In this document: positions 1-9,462 of the stretch, one piece after another
Layout: every line of letters begins with the position of its first letter
How positions within the stretch are numbered: position 1 is the stretch's first letter
Translations under genes and position numbers: made by a program
The notes under the pieces: generated by a model
What the model saw: the letters and a program-made list of their open reading frames with translations, nothing else
What the model was told of the DNA's origin: nothing
Database searches by the model: none
DNA from: Thermoanaerobaculia bacterium
GTDB taxonomy: Bacteria > Acidobacteriota > Thermoanaerobaculia > UBA5066 > Gp7-AA6
Assembly: GCA_041481715.1 (NCBI GenBank)
Contig: JBGPCK010000004.1
Span: 1 to 52,971 of the forward strand
Direction of reading: 5' to 3'
Length of the DNA: 52,971 bases

Positions 1-2
1 AG

Positions 3-662
3 ATCGCTGTTGGCGGATCCGAGCCTGTTCTGAAACTCTGGATCGAGGACGAGCCACTGCGAGAAGAACTGCCGCACCCGCGCGGGAACGCCGAAATGGT
101 GCCCCAGGATCGACTCGGTCGCCGTCGCCGAATGCGGCTTCTGCGCGATGAGCCCCGCGTAGAGGAGCAGGCTCTGGTCGAACACGCTCAAGCGACCCGA
201 CAGGCCGCGAGTTCCCATTCCGATGAGGTCGAAGAGGTACTCGGTGAACGGATCCCGCCGGCTCCTCTCGTAAGCGACCGGGAATCGGTACTTCTCCCAG
301 GCACGGTAGAAAAAAGAGAGGAAGCGGTGGTTGAAGAGGTCGAGAAACTCCCAGAACGCCCTGTCCTGCCGCCGTGTTCGCTCGAGCATGAGCTCCGTAT
401 AGGGATGAGGCAGGATCCCCAGGGGCCCCGTCATTCCGAAGAACGCCACCATCATCTCCGGGAGGCCCCCGTCCGTCTCCCGCACCTCGTGGATCTGGCT
501 GGCGGGGAACTCCAGAGAGACCCGGGTGCGAAAGCGCACGACCTCCTGCGCAGGCGGCCCCTCCCCGCCGACCGGCTGCCGCTCGGGCTCGAGCCGTTCG
601 AGGAGGCGAACGGCCTGGAAGAATTCGAAGCGATAGCCCTCCGCCAGCAAGCGAGCTCTCAC
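3..662 (-). CDS. tssG: T6SS baseplate subunit TssG (3'-truncated by window edge)
   Basis: Not in the ORF track because it runs off the edge. Read manually from GTG at 662 (overlaps tssF TGA): VRARLLAEGYRFEFFQAVRLLERLEP..., later FWEFLDLFNHRFLSLFYRAWEKYRF, a TssG signature. Alternative in-frame CTG at 695. Confidence 0.9.
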   Translation of the reverse strand, partial: MRARLLAEGYRFEFFQAVRLLERLEPERQPVGGEGPPAQEVVRFRTRVSLEFPASQIHEVRETDGGLPEMMVAFFGMTGPLGILPHPYTELMLERTRRQDRAFWEFLDLFNHRFLSFFYRAWEKYRFPVAYERSRRDPFTEYLFDLIGMGTRGLSGRLSVFDQSLLLYAGLIAQKPHSATATESILGHHFGVPARVRQFFSQWLVLDPEFQNRLGSANSD

Positions 663-2521
663 AGGACGATCTGCTCCCCGGCCCGCGGCGGCCAGCGCTT
701 GAGAGTGCCCTCCCGCTGGCGGGTCGACGCGACCATCTGGGAATAGGAATTGACGGAGGCGTAGAGCCCCAGAAAGCGCTCCAGCACGGAGGCGAAGAGA
801 TACACGCCGGCCCCAATGAACTGCGTTTCGTCGAACTCCGCATCGACCTCGATGCCGCGCACGAAACCCGCGGCGGCCGACCCGAGGCGGCAAAGCTTGC
901 GGCGCGCTCCGATGCGCGTGATTCCCGCAATCTGCTGCCGGGTCGCCGAGGAGTCCGCAAAGTCGTACAGCTTGAGAATTTCCTGAAGCGCCTCGGGGCC
1001 GCCGTCGCCCTCGACGAGCGAGAGGTAATTGAGCGAGAGGTGCGAGATGAGCCGCCACTGCGTTCCTCGCCGCAGAGGCGTCCGGAGGCTGTTCGTAGGC
1101 TTGCGAAGGCAGCGAATCCCCGTGAAGACGCCGGCCCCGTCGAGCTCGAAGTCAGCCCCCCCGGTGCTGCTGCCGAAGGGAAGGCGGCCGGGCAGATCGC
1201 GATTGGAACAGGTGGCTCGGACCATCAGGGTCTCGACGTCGGGCACGGACGGGCGGAATCCCAGGTCCACCAACGTGAGATAGACCTCCGTCCCCTCGTC
1301 GTCTTTGCGGCCGGATGGACGGCGGCTGGCGTGCCAAAACGTCTTCGCTTCTTCGCCGGCCGCGGCGTGCCGGATCGAGTAGAAAGGCTCGTAGATGGTC
1401 GGCTTCTCGGCATCGGCGTGGGTCGACGAAACCTCGTCCACCGAGTACACCTCCATGGCCGTCTGCCGCCCGACGTCGGGAATGACGCGGTACTCGGTTT
1501 GGAGATGCGTCACGCGGATCGGTTCGGCTACGTGCGAGAAGAGGTTGACGATCGGCGTGCAGTGCAGCCGAAACGTCTGCGCGGCGATGGCCTTTTCCAG
1601 CGAGAATTCGCGTCGTAGAGAGAGAATCAGATCGAACGCTTGCGGAAACGCCGCGGCGACTGCCCGTTCGAGGCCTTGGATGTCAAAGAACAGGTACTTC
1701 TCGGGGAACGCGAAGTACTCCTGGAGGAGCCGATACCCCGCGAACGACCGCTCAGAGTGTGGCAATACGCTCTCGTCCCGCTCGAACCCCACAGGCCGCA
1801 ACGATTCGGAGGGCAGCGTGATCGAGGGCACGGTTCCGGCGCCGGCACCGGGCCGCAGCTCGATCTGAAGGACGTCGTTCATCAGAAGCTCGTAGAGCGC
1901 GTAGACGATCTTTCCCTCTCCCTGCAGAGAAAAGCGCAGCGACTCGAGAGGCCGAGGGACGGCATCGCCGACGCCCTTTTCCTTGAGTTCCGCAGTCGGC
2001 ACACCGCCCAGAGTCCGCAATCCGATTCGCAGCAGACTCTTGGTTCCGGGCGCCACGGCGGCGCCGGCAGTTGGAAGCTCGAAACGCGCCTCCGCGACTT
2101 CGATTGGCCAGATCGTCACGGGATAGCAGGTCTTGAATCGGCACGGCTGCCCGTCCACCGGTTCCGACCGCATGAGGGATCCGCGAGGGATCGTGTGCCC
2201 CATCCTCAGGTTCGCCTGCTCGGGATCCAGCCGAAACTGCACGATCGAGAGGGAAGGGACGGGGGCCAGGAAGTTCGGATACAGGACGTTCAAGAGCGAC
2301 TCGGTCAGCTCCGGAAACTCGTCGTCGATCTTGAGGTGCACGCGGCTGGCCAGGAAAGCCGCGGCCTCGATCATTCGCTCGACGTGCGGATCCTCGCAGC
2401 GCTCCGGCTCGAGCTGGAGCCGGCCGGCGATCTTCGGATACTTCTGGGCGAACTCCGCACCGAGCTGACGGAGGAAAGAGAGCTCCCTTTCGTAATAGCC
2501 GAGCAGCTCGTCGCGCATCAC
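659..2521 (-). CDS. tssF: T6SS baseplate subunit TssF
   Basis: YYERELSFLR...EFAQKYPKIAGRL...DPHVER, GYRLLQEYFAFPEKYLF, WRLISHLSLNYLSL, C-terminal WPPRAG; 620 aa. Confidence 0.97.
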   Translation of the reverse strand: MMRDELLGYYERELSFLRQLGAEFAQKYPKIAGRLQLEPERCEDPHVERMIEAAAFLASRVHLKIDDEFPELTESLLNVLYPNFLAPVPSLSIVQFRLDPEQANLRMGHTIPRGSLMRSEPVDGQPCRFKTCYPVTIWPIEVAEARFELPTAGAAVAPGTKSLLRIGLRTLGGVPTAELKEKGVGDAVPRPLESLRFSLQGEGKIVYALYELLMNDVLQIELRPGAGAGTVPSITLPSESLRPVGFERDESVLPHSERSFAGYRLLQEYFAFPEKYLFFDIQGLERAVAAAFPQAFDLILSLRREFSLEKAIAAQTFRLHCTPIVNLFSHVAEPIRVTHLQTEYRVIPDVGRQTAMEVYSVDEVSSTHADAEKPTIYEPFYSIRHAAAGEEAKTFWHASRRPSGRKDDEGTEVYLTLVDLGFRPSVPDVETLMVRATCSNRDLPGRLPFGSSTGGADFELDGAGVFTGIRCLRKPTNSLRTPLRRGTQWRLISHLSLNYLSLVEGDGGPEALQEILKLYDFADSSATRQQIAGITRIGARRKLCRLGSAAAGFVRGIEVDAEFDETQFIGAGVYLFASVLERFLGLYASVNSYSQMVASTRQREGTLKRWPPRAGEQIVL

Positions 2522-3000
2522 CTCTCCCGGACGTGGAACTCGGTACTGCCGACCGACAGCATCGTGTCGAAGACGATCGGCTCGGGCACCGGGTCGACCC
2601 GCAGCTGGGCCTCGATCCGAAGACGCACCGAACGCTCGTTCTCGTCGACGTTCTCCAGAGAGACGCGCACGCCCTCGAGCCTGGGCTCGAAGAGACTTAC
2701 GGCCGTCTCGACCGCCTGGCGAAGTCCATCGCTACCGACGGTCGAGTACAAGTTCGCATTGCTGAAATCCGGAAGCCCGAACGCAGCCAGCGACCGACAG
2801 ACTTCCGTCAGGTCCTGCGGGAGCCCCGACTCGAGCCGGGTGTTGAGCAGCCACTGAAGGTCGCGGCGAACCGCCTCCTTGAGGAGCCTCAGGCTCATCT
2901 GGCGCGAAGCGGGCGCTTCGCGCGTCTCCTCCGGCCGATCATCGAGCAATCGGTCGAGGACGGACGGCGTAATCCGAATCTCGTTGTCGATTCGTGACAT
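2518..3000 (-). CDS. tssE: T6SS baseplate subunit TssE (gp25-like)
   Basis: PSVLDRLLD, VRRDLQWLLNTR, FGLPD, FEPRL; 4-bp overlap with tssF. Confidence 0.95.
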   Translation of the reverse strand: MSRIDNEIRITPSVLDRLLDDRPEETREAPASRQMSLRLLKEAVRRDLQWLLNTRLESGLPQDLTEVCRSLAAFGLPDFSNANLYSTVGSDGLRQAVETAVSLFEPRLEGVRVSLENVDENERSVRLRIEAQLRVDPVPEPIVFDTMLSVGSTEFHVRER

Positions 3001-3145
3001 CGAATTGGCGAAAGCACCGACATCTTACTTCGCGCCAACCCCCGATCCCAGCGTGAAAGTGAGATCCCACGCGGGCAACCGCCCCGGTCGAGCCGCTCCG
3101 TCCGGACCGAAGCCCGGACGAAACGCCACCGAAGGTCCGCGCCGA

Positions 3146-4639
3146 CTAGCCCGTAGCGGGCTTTGGCAATTCCGTGACCAGCCGCAGGGAGACCTGGAGC
3201 TCGTCGAGCTGGAAGTGGGGCCGCAGGAACGCGACCGCCCTGTACGCCCCGGGCTTCCCGGCGATCTCCGTAACGTCGATACGGGCTTCACGCAGCGGGT
3301 ACTGGGCCTTGACGGTCGGCGACGCGGTGTCGTCCGGCGTGACGTAGTTGGAGATCCACTGATTCAGATACCGCTCGACGTCCGCGCGCGACATGAAGCT
3401 GCCGATCTTGTCCCGCATGATCGCCTTCAGATAATGGGCAAAGCGCGAGACGGCGAAGATGTACGGCAGCTGCGTGGACAGGCGAGCGTTCGCGTTGGCG
3501 AAGTCCTGGTCGTACTTCTTCGCCTTCTGGGCCGACTGTGCCGCAAAAAAGGCCGCGTAGTCGGTCCCCTTGCAATGGACCAGGGGAATGAACCCGAGGT
3601 CGGAGAACTCCTTCTCGCGCCGGTCGGTGATGGCGATCTCCGTCGGGCACTTGAGCGCGACGTCGCCCTCGTCGGTCTTGAAGGTGTGGGTCGGCAATCC
3701 CTGGACCAGACCGCCGCCTTCCACGCCGCGGATCGCCACGGTCCATTGGTAGAGCGCGAAGGCCTCCGTGAGGCGCGTTCCAAAGGAGTAAGCCGCGTTG
3801 CCCCACAGGTACTTCTTGTGGTCCCGGCCGTCCACGTCCTCCTCGAAGTTGAACGTCTCGGTCGGGACCGTTTCCTTCCCGTACGGGAGGCGCATCAACG
3901 TGTGCGGAAGCGTCAGCCCCACGTAGCGGGAGTCCTCGGAGTCGCGGAACGAGCGCCACTTGGCGTATTCCGTGCGATCGAAGATCTTGGCGACGTCGCG
4001 CACCTCGGCGAGCTCCGTGAACGTGTCCCACCCGAAGAGCTCCGGCGAGGAGGCCGCCACGAACGGGGCGTTGGCGGCCGCGGCCACCTGAGAGATCTTC
4101 TCGAGCAGCGCCATGTCCTGCGGGTGATTCGAAAACTCGTAATCACCGATCAAGGCGCCGAAGGGCGCGCCGCCGAAGGTTCCGTATTCCTCTTCATAGA
4201 CCTTCTTGAAAAGCGCGGACTGGTCGAACTCCGCTGCGCGCTCGAGGTCCTTCAGCAGGTCCTTCTTCGAAACGTTCAGGACCCGGATCTTCAGCATCGT
4301 GCTCGTCTCCGACTCGAACACGAGGTGATGAAGGCCGCGCCATGAGGCCTCCAGCTTCTGGAAGTCCGGGTGGTGCATGACCTCGTTCAGCTGCGCCGAA
4401 AGCAGCTTGTCGATCGCGGCGACCCGGGCGTTGATGGACGCCTCGAGGTCTCTCGAAACGACCATCTCGCCGCTCATGACCTGCTGGACGAACGAGCCGA
4501 TCAGGTCCTTGGCCTGTTCGACCTGGCTGTCGTTACGCGCCAGGCGCCCTTCCTCCAGGATCTGGGAGAGCAGGTCCCGCTCCCCGGCTTCCTCGCGAAC
4601 GACGGTTTCGGCCTTGCCCTTCTCCGGGTTCTTACTCAT
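3146..4639 (-). CDS. tssC: T6SS contractile sheath large subunit TssC (VipB)
   Basis: Start re-assigned to ATG 4639 (MSKNPEK, 497 aa). HHPDFQKLEASWRGL, FKKVYEEEYGTFGGAPFG, KCPTEIAITDRRE, LRPHFQL. Confidence 0.97.
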   Translation of the reverse strand: MSKNPEKGKAETVVREEAGERDLLSQILEEGRLARNDSQVEQAKDLIGSFVQQVMSGEMVVSRDLEASINARVAAIDKLLSAQLNEVMHHPDFQKLEASWRGLHHLVFESETSTMLKIRVLNVSKKDLLKDLERAAEFDQSALFKKVYEEEYGTFGGAPFGALIGDYEFSNHPQDMALLEKISQVAAAANAPFVAASSPELFGWDTFTELAEVRDVAKIFDRTEYAKWRSFRDSEDSRYVGLTLPHTLMRLPYGKETVPTETFNFEEDVDGRDHKKYLWGNAAYSFGTRLTEAFALYQWTVAIRGVEGGGLVQGLPTHTFKTDEGDVALKCPTEIAITDRREKEFSDLGFIPLVHCKGTDYAAFFAAQSAQKAKKYDQDFANANARLSTQLPYIFAVSRFAHYLKAIMRDKIGSFMSRADVERYLNQWISNYVTPDDTASPTVKAQYPLREARIDVTEIAGKPGAYRAVAFLRPHFQLDELQVSLRLVTELPKPATG

Positions 4640-5174
4640 TGGATCCCTCTTCCGTCTTTTCCTTGGCCTTGCCCTCGAGCCCGAGCGCATCGGAAAGCTG
4701 CTTCTGCGCGTTGGTGTTCTGCATGACGCCCTGCAGCAGCTGCTCGAGCTTGTCGTTGCCGTCCGTCTTCGAGAGCAAGTCCCGCAGCTTCTGCCGCGCC
4801 TCCACGAGCTTGCGCAGCGGCTCGACCTGTTGGACCACGTTGTCGGGCTCGAAGTCCTGGAGGCTGTTAAAGCGCAGCTCGGCGTTGATCTTGCTGCCGT
4901 CGTTGGTCAGCTTGTTTTCGACCTTCATGGCCAGGCGCGGCGCCATGCCGGCCAGGACCTGGTCGAAGTTGTCCCGGTCGATCTCGATCAGCTTGCGGTC
5001 TTTGACCCGGGGCAGCTGCTGGGCCGGCTGCCCGGAGTAGTCCCCCATCACCCCGAGGACGAAGGGCAGTTCCTTCATCTCGATGGCGCCCCCGATCTCA
5101 ACGTCGTAGGTAATCTGCACCCGGGGCGGCCGGACCCGCTTCAACTTCTGCTGGATGCTCTCTTTCTTGGGCAT
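4632..5174 (-). CDS. tssB: T6SS contractile sheath small subunit TssB (VipA)
   Basis: RVRPPRVQITYDVE, ELPFVLGVMGDYSG, IDRDNFD, DFEPD. Confidence 0.97.
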   Translation of the reverse strand: MPKKESIQQKLKRVRPPRVQITYDVEIGGAIEMKELPFVLGVMGDYSGQPAQQLPRVKDRKLIEIDRDNFDQVLAGMAPRLAMKVENKLTNDGSKINAELRFNSLQDFEPDNVVQQVEPLRKLVEARQKLRDLLSKTDGNDKLEQLLQGVMQNTNAQKQLSDALGLEGKAKEKTEEGSNE

Positions 5175-5217
5175 GTCGCTTTCTCCTCAGCCCGCGGCCT
5201 CGCCCGGCCGCGCGGCG

Positions 5218-6333
5218 CTACCCCGACGAGCCTCCGCCGTCTAAGGCCGTGTTGAGTCCCAGCGTCTCGCGAATCGACGCGAGAAGCGTCCCGTCTTTGA
5301 TGACATCGGTGAGCCATGCGTCGAGCGGCATTTGTCCCCAGGTGATCGCGCGCTGCACCAGATAGGAGACGGGGCTGTGCGGCTCGGTGCGGCGGAAGTA
5401 GTCCGCCACCTCGGCCAGACGCCGGAGGGCATCTTGTCGAGTCTTGATCGGTCCGGCCGTCGTGCCGGGGCCCGCGCCCCCGGATTCCGTTCCCGCTTCC
5501 CCGGCGCCGGCCTCGCTCGCGTCCGGCTCTTCGATACGCTTCTCCTTGACCGTCTTTTCGACCCAGGTCTGGACCTTCTCGAAGGACTTCGTGAGCTCGC
5601 CTAAGCCCGGCGTCTCGCGGCCGAACTTCTCGTCCATGACGCGGTCCAGACTCTTGAGCTCCTGGCGGCACTCGGTGAGGAGCGCCGCCGTCTCCTCGTA
5701 GAACGCGCGCCGGGTCGCGTTTCGGCCCTTCACGAAGGTTTCGGTCGTGGGGCGCCCTTCCGACGCCGCCCGCTCGCGTTCGGAGTTCAGCGCCGAAATC
5801 GCCTCGGGTGTCAGGGAAGCCGCGTTGGCCGGCAGATCGAGCTTCTTGGCCTCTTCCATCTGCAGGAACGAGTACGCCGCTCCGGGCGCCTTCGTAATCG
5901 AAACTGCCTGAAGGGCGGAGGCGGTCTGGCGATCGAGCCATGCGATCGAGTTTGCCCGCGCCTCGAGATCGCCGTCCTCGATGGGCGGATAGACGCCCTC
6001 CCAGAACTTCTCTTGAAGACCGCGTGCGAGCTTCAGGCCGTCGCGCAGACCCGCAAAGCCGGCCGTCCGGACGAGGGCCTCGGCTAGCCAAGCAGCGATC
6101 TGCAGGTCCTTGGTCTTCTCCTTCAGGGCTCCGCCAGCCAAGGCGATGACGCGATCCCAGTCGGCCGACTTGACCTCCCGCTGCCAGTCCCCCTGCGCGA
6201 GAGCGTCCTCCGCTCGCCGGGCCTCGCGAATCTCGTCGTGCAGACCCGAATACTGGAGGTTCTCCCCAGCCGGGTTTTCCCCCGGAATGGGCTCCAGCAG
6301 CGCGTCGACGTCAATTACCGCGGCCGGAGACAT
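5218..6333 (-). CDS. tssA: T6SS protein TssA (short ImpA_N + C-terminal domain type)
   Basis: LLEPIPGENPAGENLQY, ADW, TKDLQIAAWL; C-terminal YFRRTEPHSPVSYL...WGQMPL; SD GGGGGAG upstream. Confidence 0.95.
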   Translation of the reverse strand: MSPAAVIDVDALLEPIPGENPAGENLQYSGLHDEIREARRAEDALAQGDWQREVKSADWDRVIALAGGALKEKTKDLQIAAWLAEALVRTAGFAGLRDGLKLARGLQEKFWEGVYPPIEDGDLEARANSIAWLDRQTASALQAVSITKAPGAAYSFLQMEEAKKLDLPANAASLTPEAISALNSERERAASEGRPTTETFVKGRNATRRAFYEETAALLTECRQELKSLDRVMDEKFGRETPGLGELTKSFEKVQTWVEKTVKEKRIEEPDASEAGAGEAGTESGGAGPGTTAGPIKTRQDALRRLAEVADYFRRTEPHSPVSYLVQRAITWGQMPLDAWLTDVIKDGTLLASIRETLGLNTALDGGGSSG

Positions 6334-6528
6334 CGGGACTCCCCCTTCAGAAAACTCTTCGGAAAACTTTCGGTCACTCTACCACCCGCCTCGGCCGCGG
6401 ACGGGTCGGCCGGCCTCGCGGGATTGGCACGCCGTCGAGAAGCCGAGCGGCGGCAAACGGCGGACGGAGCGGCGGCGGCGCAGTTGCCCAAGAGATCGAT
6501 GGTCTCGCTCTCCTCCGGAGATGAGATG

Positions 6529-6557
6529 AGGATAACTATCTGAATTTGAAGAGTCAA
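6529..6557 (-). promoter_or_regulatory. Putative sigma70 promoter for the tssA-tssB-tssC operon
   Basis: Minus strand TTGACT-17 nt-TATCCT in an AT-rich patch of the tssA/tagJ intergenic region. Confidence 0.6.
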
Positions 6558-6669
6558 GACCTGGTTCCGCGAAAGTCACGCTCGGAAGGCAGCCAAACAG
6601 CCTCTCTGGTCCTGACGATCCTGGCGTCACTCCGAAGGACGGTAGACTGAGCCCAACTTGGAGGTGGAC

Positions 6670-7488
6670 ATGGCGACCCCAAAGGAACTCCTGGACACGG
6701 GCCATCTCGACGGCGCAATCGAAGCCCTGACACAGGAAGTCAAGGCCAACCCATCCGACGCCACACGCCGCATCTTCCTTTTCGAGCTGCTCTGCTTCGC
6801 GGGACAGTTGGATCGCGCCGAAAAGCAAATCGACGCGCTCGGCCAGGAGAGCGCGCAGGCCTCCCTTGCGGTGCAGGTCTACAAGTCAAACGTCGCCGCC
6901 GAGAAGCAGCGCCTCAAGCTCTACCGCGAGGGCGCCCCGCCGCACTTCCTGAACGAGCCGCCCGCCTACGCGGACCTTCAGGTCGAGGGTATCCGGAAGC
7001 TCGCGTCGGGAGATACGGCGGGAGCCCGGGAGCTCTTCGACCGGGCCGAGGAAGAGCGGCCCTCGGTCGCAGGAAAGTGGAACGGGAAGGCCTTTCTCGA
7101 CTTTCGCGACTATGACGATGCCGTCGGCGGTGTGCTCGAGCTGATCGTCAAGGACAAGTACGCGTGGCTTCCCTTCGAGCAGATCCGAAGCATCCAGATG
7201 CGGCCGCCCGGCAAGCTTCGCGACCTGCTCTGGATCCCGACCCGCGTCGAGGCCCTGGACGGAACGATCGGCGAGGTCTTCGTCTTTGCTCTCTACGCCG
7301 GCTCGAGCGACAGCAAGAACGAAAACGCGCGGCTCGGCCGGATGACCGACTGGAGAGAAGTCGGCGACGGCCTCGTCGCCGGCGTCGGGCAACGCCTCTT
7401 CCTCGTGGACGAGGCCGACGAGCCGATCCTCGAGGCGCGGACGATCGAATTCGAAGCGCGAACCGCGGCCGCGGCGCCCGCGAGCTAG
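6670..7488 (+). CDS. tagJ: T6SS accessory protein TagJ (ImpE/SciE family)
   Basis: ATG 6670 after GGAGG; QEVKANPSDATRRIFLFELLCFAGQLDRA, DFRDYDD, YAWLPF, LRDLLW, LGRMTDW, GVGQR. Confidence 0.93.
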   Translation: MATPKELLDTGHLDGAIEALTQEVKANPSDATRRIFLFELLCFAGQLDRAEKQIDALGQESAQASLAVQVYKSNVAAEKQRLKLYREGAPPHFLNEPPAYADLQVEGIRKLASGDTAGARELFDRAEEERPSVAGKWNGKAFLDFRDYDDAVGGVLELIVKDKYAWLPFEQIRSIQMRPPGKLRDLLWIPTRVEALDGTIGEVFVFALYAGSSDSKNENARLGRMTDWREVGDGLVAGVGQRLFLVDEADEPILEARTIEFEARTAAAAPAS

Positions 7489-7509
7489 ACCTCTTCGTGG
7501 GCTATCGGC

Positions 7510-7992
7510 TCACGGTTTCGTCAGATCGAGCAGGTAGTTCACCGGACCCCCGGTGATTCCCAACGCCGACTGTGCTTTGTATTCCACCGTCATCTTGCTG
7601 TAAGCAATCCCGAATGTCTCGACCGGAATCGGTATCGCTTCTTCTTGCTTCGCCGCGAGGGAAAACGACGCAACGGAAGCATTCTCGAGCGTGCATGTGA
7701 AGTATTCCTGCTGCTTGGTACCACCCGCCTTTCGAACGGTGATCTCCGCCTTGATAATCTTGTTCTCACACATCGCCTTCAGAAGAAGCGGCGTGGCTAT
7801 GTCCGTGTGCTTGAAACACATCAGCGGCGCCATCTGTACTTTGCCGGCCGCCTGACCGGTGGAGATGTCTTTGGGGGCGTGGCCATTGAAGGAGAAGCTT
7901 TCGAGCTGAATCTCGTCCTTGTGATCGGCGTCCTTCGACTCTCCCGGAATGGCCATCTGGCCGGTTATCTTCAGAAAGATGTCAAACGCCAT
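7510..7992 (-). CDS. hcp: Hcp/TssD tube protein paralog 3 (divergent)
   Basis: MAFDIFLKI...IPGESKDADHKDEIQL, TVRKAGG..QEY, YSKMTVEYK; 160 aa; SD GAGGAGG. Confidence 0.92.
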   Translation of the reverse strand: MAFDIFLKITGQMAIPGESKDADHKDEIQLESFSFNGHAPKDISTGQAAGKVQMAPLMCFKHTDIATPLLLKAMCENKIIKAEITVRKAGGTKQQEYFTCTLENASVASFSLAAKQEEAIPIPVETFGIAYSKMTVEYKAQSALGITGGPVNYLLDLTKP

Positions 7993-8099
7993 GAGGCCTC
8001 CTCAGCCGAGAGCCGGGCTCGGGGCGATCGGCCGCCCCGACCCAAGGAGCCGAAACCCGCAGACCAGCAGAGACTGTCGCTTCTTCCCGCCTCCCTCGT

Positions 8100-8621
8100 C
8101 TAGCCCGCCTTCCTCGCCTTTTGGTCCCATATGGCCGACACGGCCCCGTCCAGGGACCCATCCGCTTTCTGCGGCTTGTACTCGATTTCATACTTGGCGG
8201 CGTCCAGGGCGAACGTGTCCATGACGAGCTGCGAATCCGGATCGATCCCGCCCACGCCGTACGTAGAGACGAGGCAGTCGTGAAACGTGTACTTTAAGTA
8301 TTCCTGCTGGTCCCCGCCGGCCTTGCGCACCACCAAGACAGCCTTGGGGATGTGCTTGCCGCTGGCGCAATACTTCATCAAATTGGGGCTCGACTTGTCC
8401 ACGTCCTTGTTGAAGTACATCGCCCCATGCTGGCTGACAGACCCTCCCATCCCTGAGCCCGTGTGAGCCGTCCCCTGCTGGGTCGTCCCGCTTTGATCCC
8501 CGGTCTTCGTCGCTTTATCGGCGTCAAGATGTCCGAAAGAGAGAATCTCGATCTCGTTCTTGTGCTTCGAGTCCTGGCTCTCGCCTTCGATCCCGTCTAT
8601 TTTCATGAAGTTGTCTGCCAC
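8100..8621 (-). CDS. hcp: Hcp/TssD tube protein paralog 2
   Basis: GTG 8621 after GAGGAGG: MADNFMKIDGIEGESQDSKHKNEIEI, DKSSPNL..CASGKHI, RKAGGDQQEY; 173 aa. Confidence 0.92.
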   Translation of the reverse strand: MADNFMKIDGIEGESQDSKHKNEIEILSFGHLDADKATKTGDQSGTTQQGTAHTGSGMGGSVSQHGAMYFNKDVDKSSPNLMKYCASGKHIPKAVLVVRKAGGDQQEYLKYTFHDCLVSTYGVGGIDPDSQLVMDTFALDAAKYEIEYKPQKADGSLDGAVSAIWDQKARKAG

Positions 8622-8739
8622 ATCGTCCTCCTCGGCTTCGTTCGTATCGCCTCGTCCGTCGCGTCCGGAAAGCCTGCCCGAGCGGAAATCACGAGCGCCC
8701 AGCCTGACTTCCGATCGGGCGCGAACCTGCCTTTCGGAC

Positions 8740-9306
8740 CTAGACGACCTTGTTCTCCTTGATGTTGTAACCGGCCTTGACGACACCCTCTCCCGTACCC
8801 TTCGAGCTCTGCGGCTTGTATTCCATCTCGAACTTCCCGAAGTTGAAGGACGCGGCATCCCTGAGGAGGCCGGACTTGGGGTCCGGGTCCGTGAGATGCC
8901 TGTGCTCGGAGACCAGAACGTCCGAGAGAGTGATCTTTATGTATTCGAGCTGGTCCTTCCCCGCCTTGCGGATGACGAGCTCGAGCTTCGGGAAGTGCTC
9001 GCCCGTCGCGCACTTCTCCCAAAGCTTCGGCGTGGACTTGTCCACGGTCTTGACGACGCTCAAGTCATGAAAAAAGCACTTGCTCGAGCCCGAGCCTCCG
9101 CCTGTGTGAGTGCTCCCGAGCTGGCGGACTCTCAGTCGGAAGCCCTGGATCTCGATCTCGTTCTTGTGCTTGTCGTCCAGGCTCTCACCCTGGACGCCGT
9201 CGATCTTGACAAACGCGTCGACCGCGATCGGAGTCGCCGGATCGATGACCTCCTCCAACTCCTCCGCGTCCAGTTTGTCCCACTTGTCGTACCCCTCGTA
9301 TATCAC
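8740..9306 (-). CDS. hcp: Hcp/TssD tube protein paralog 1 with acidic N-terminal extension
   Basis: GTG 9306 after AAGGAGG; core AVDAFVKIDGVQGESLDDKHKNEIEI, DKSTPKL..CATGEH, RKAGKDQLEY; 188 aa. The upstream part of the track ORF (to 10017) is antisense to a real gene. Confidence 0.9.
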   Translation of the reverse strand: MIYEGYDKWDKLDAEELEEVIDPATPIAVDAFVKIDGVQGESLDDKHKNEIEIQGFRLRVRQLGSTHTGGGSGSSKCFFHDLSVVKTVDKSTPKLWEKCATGEHFPKLELVIRKAGKDQLEYIKITLSDVLVSEHRHLTDPDPKSGLLRDAASFNFGKFEMEYKPQSSKGTGEGVVKAGYNIKENKVV

Positions 9307-9462
9307 TCGTCCTCCTTTCTTCGGTGTTGCGTCGGCAGAGTATATCGGCGCCCGCGGGTCAAGTCCCCCGAAATCCGGGCCCCCAGGAACGTTCCGGCCC
9401 GACTGCTGGTAGAGTGATGCCAACGGGTTTGGGCCGCCTTGAGCGGAAGGGGGTAGCCCCGC

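Noticed and set aside
6423-6442. Possible sigma54 site TGGCAC
   Set aside because: The -12 position reads CGAG rather than TTGC.
9338-9362. TTGACC...TATACT upstream of hcp1 as a full sigma70 promoter
   Set aside because: The spacer is only 12 nt; the -10 may be real but the pair is not canonical.
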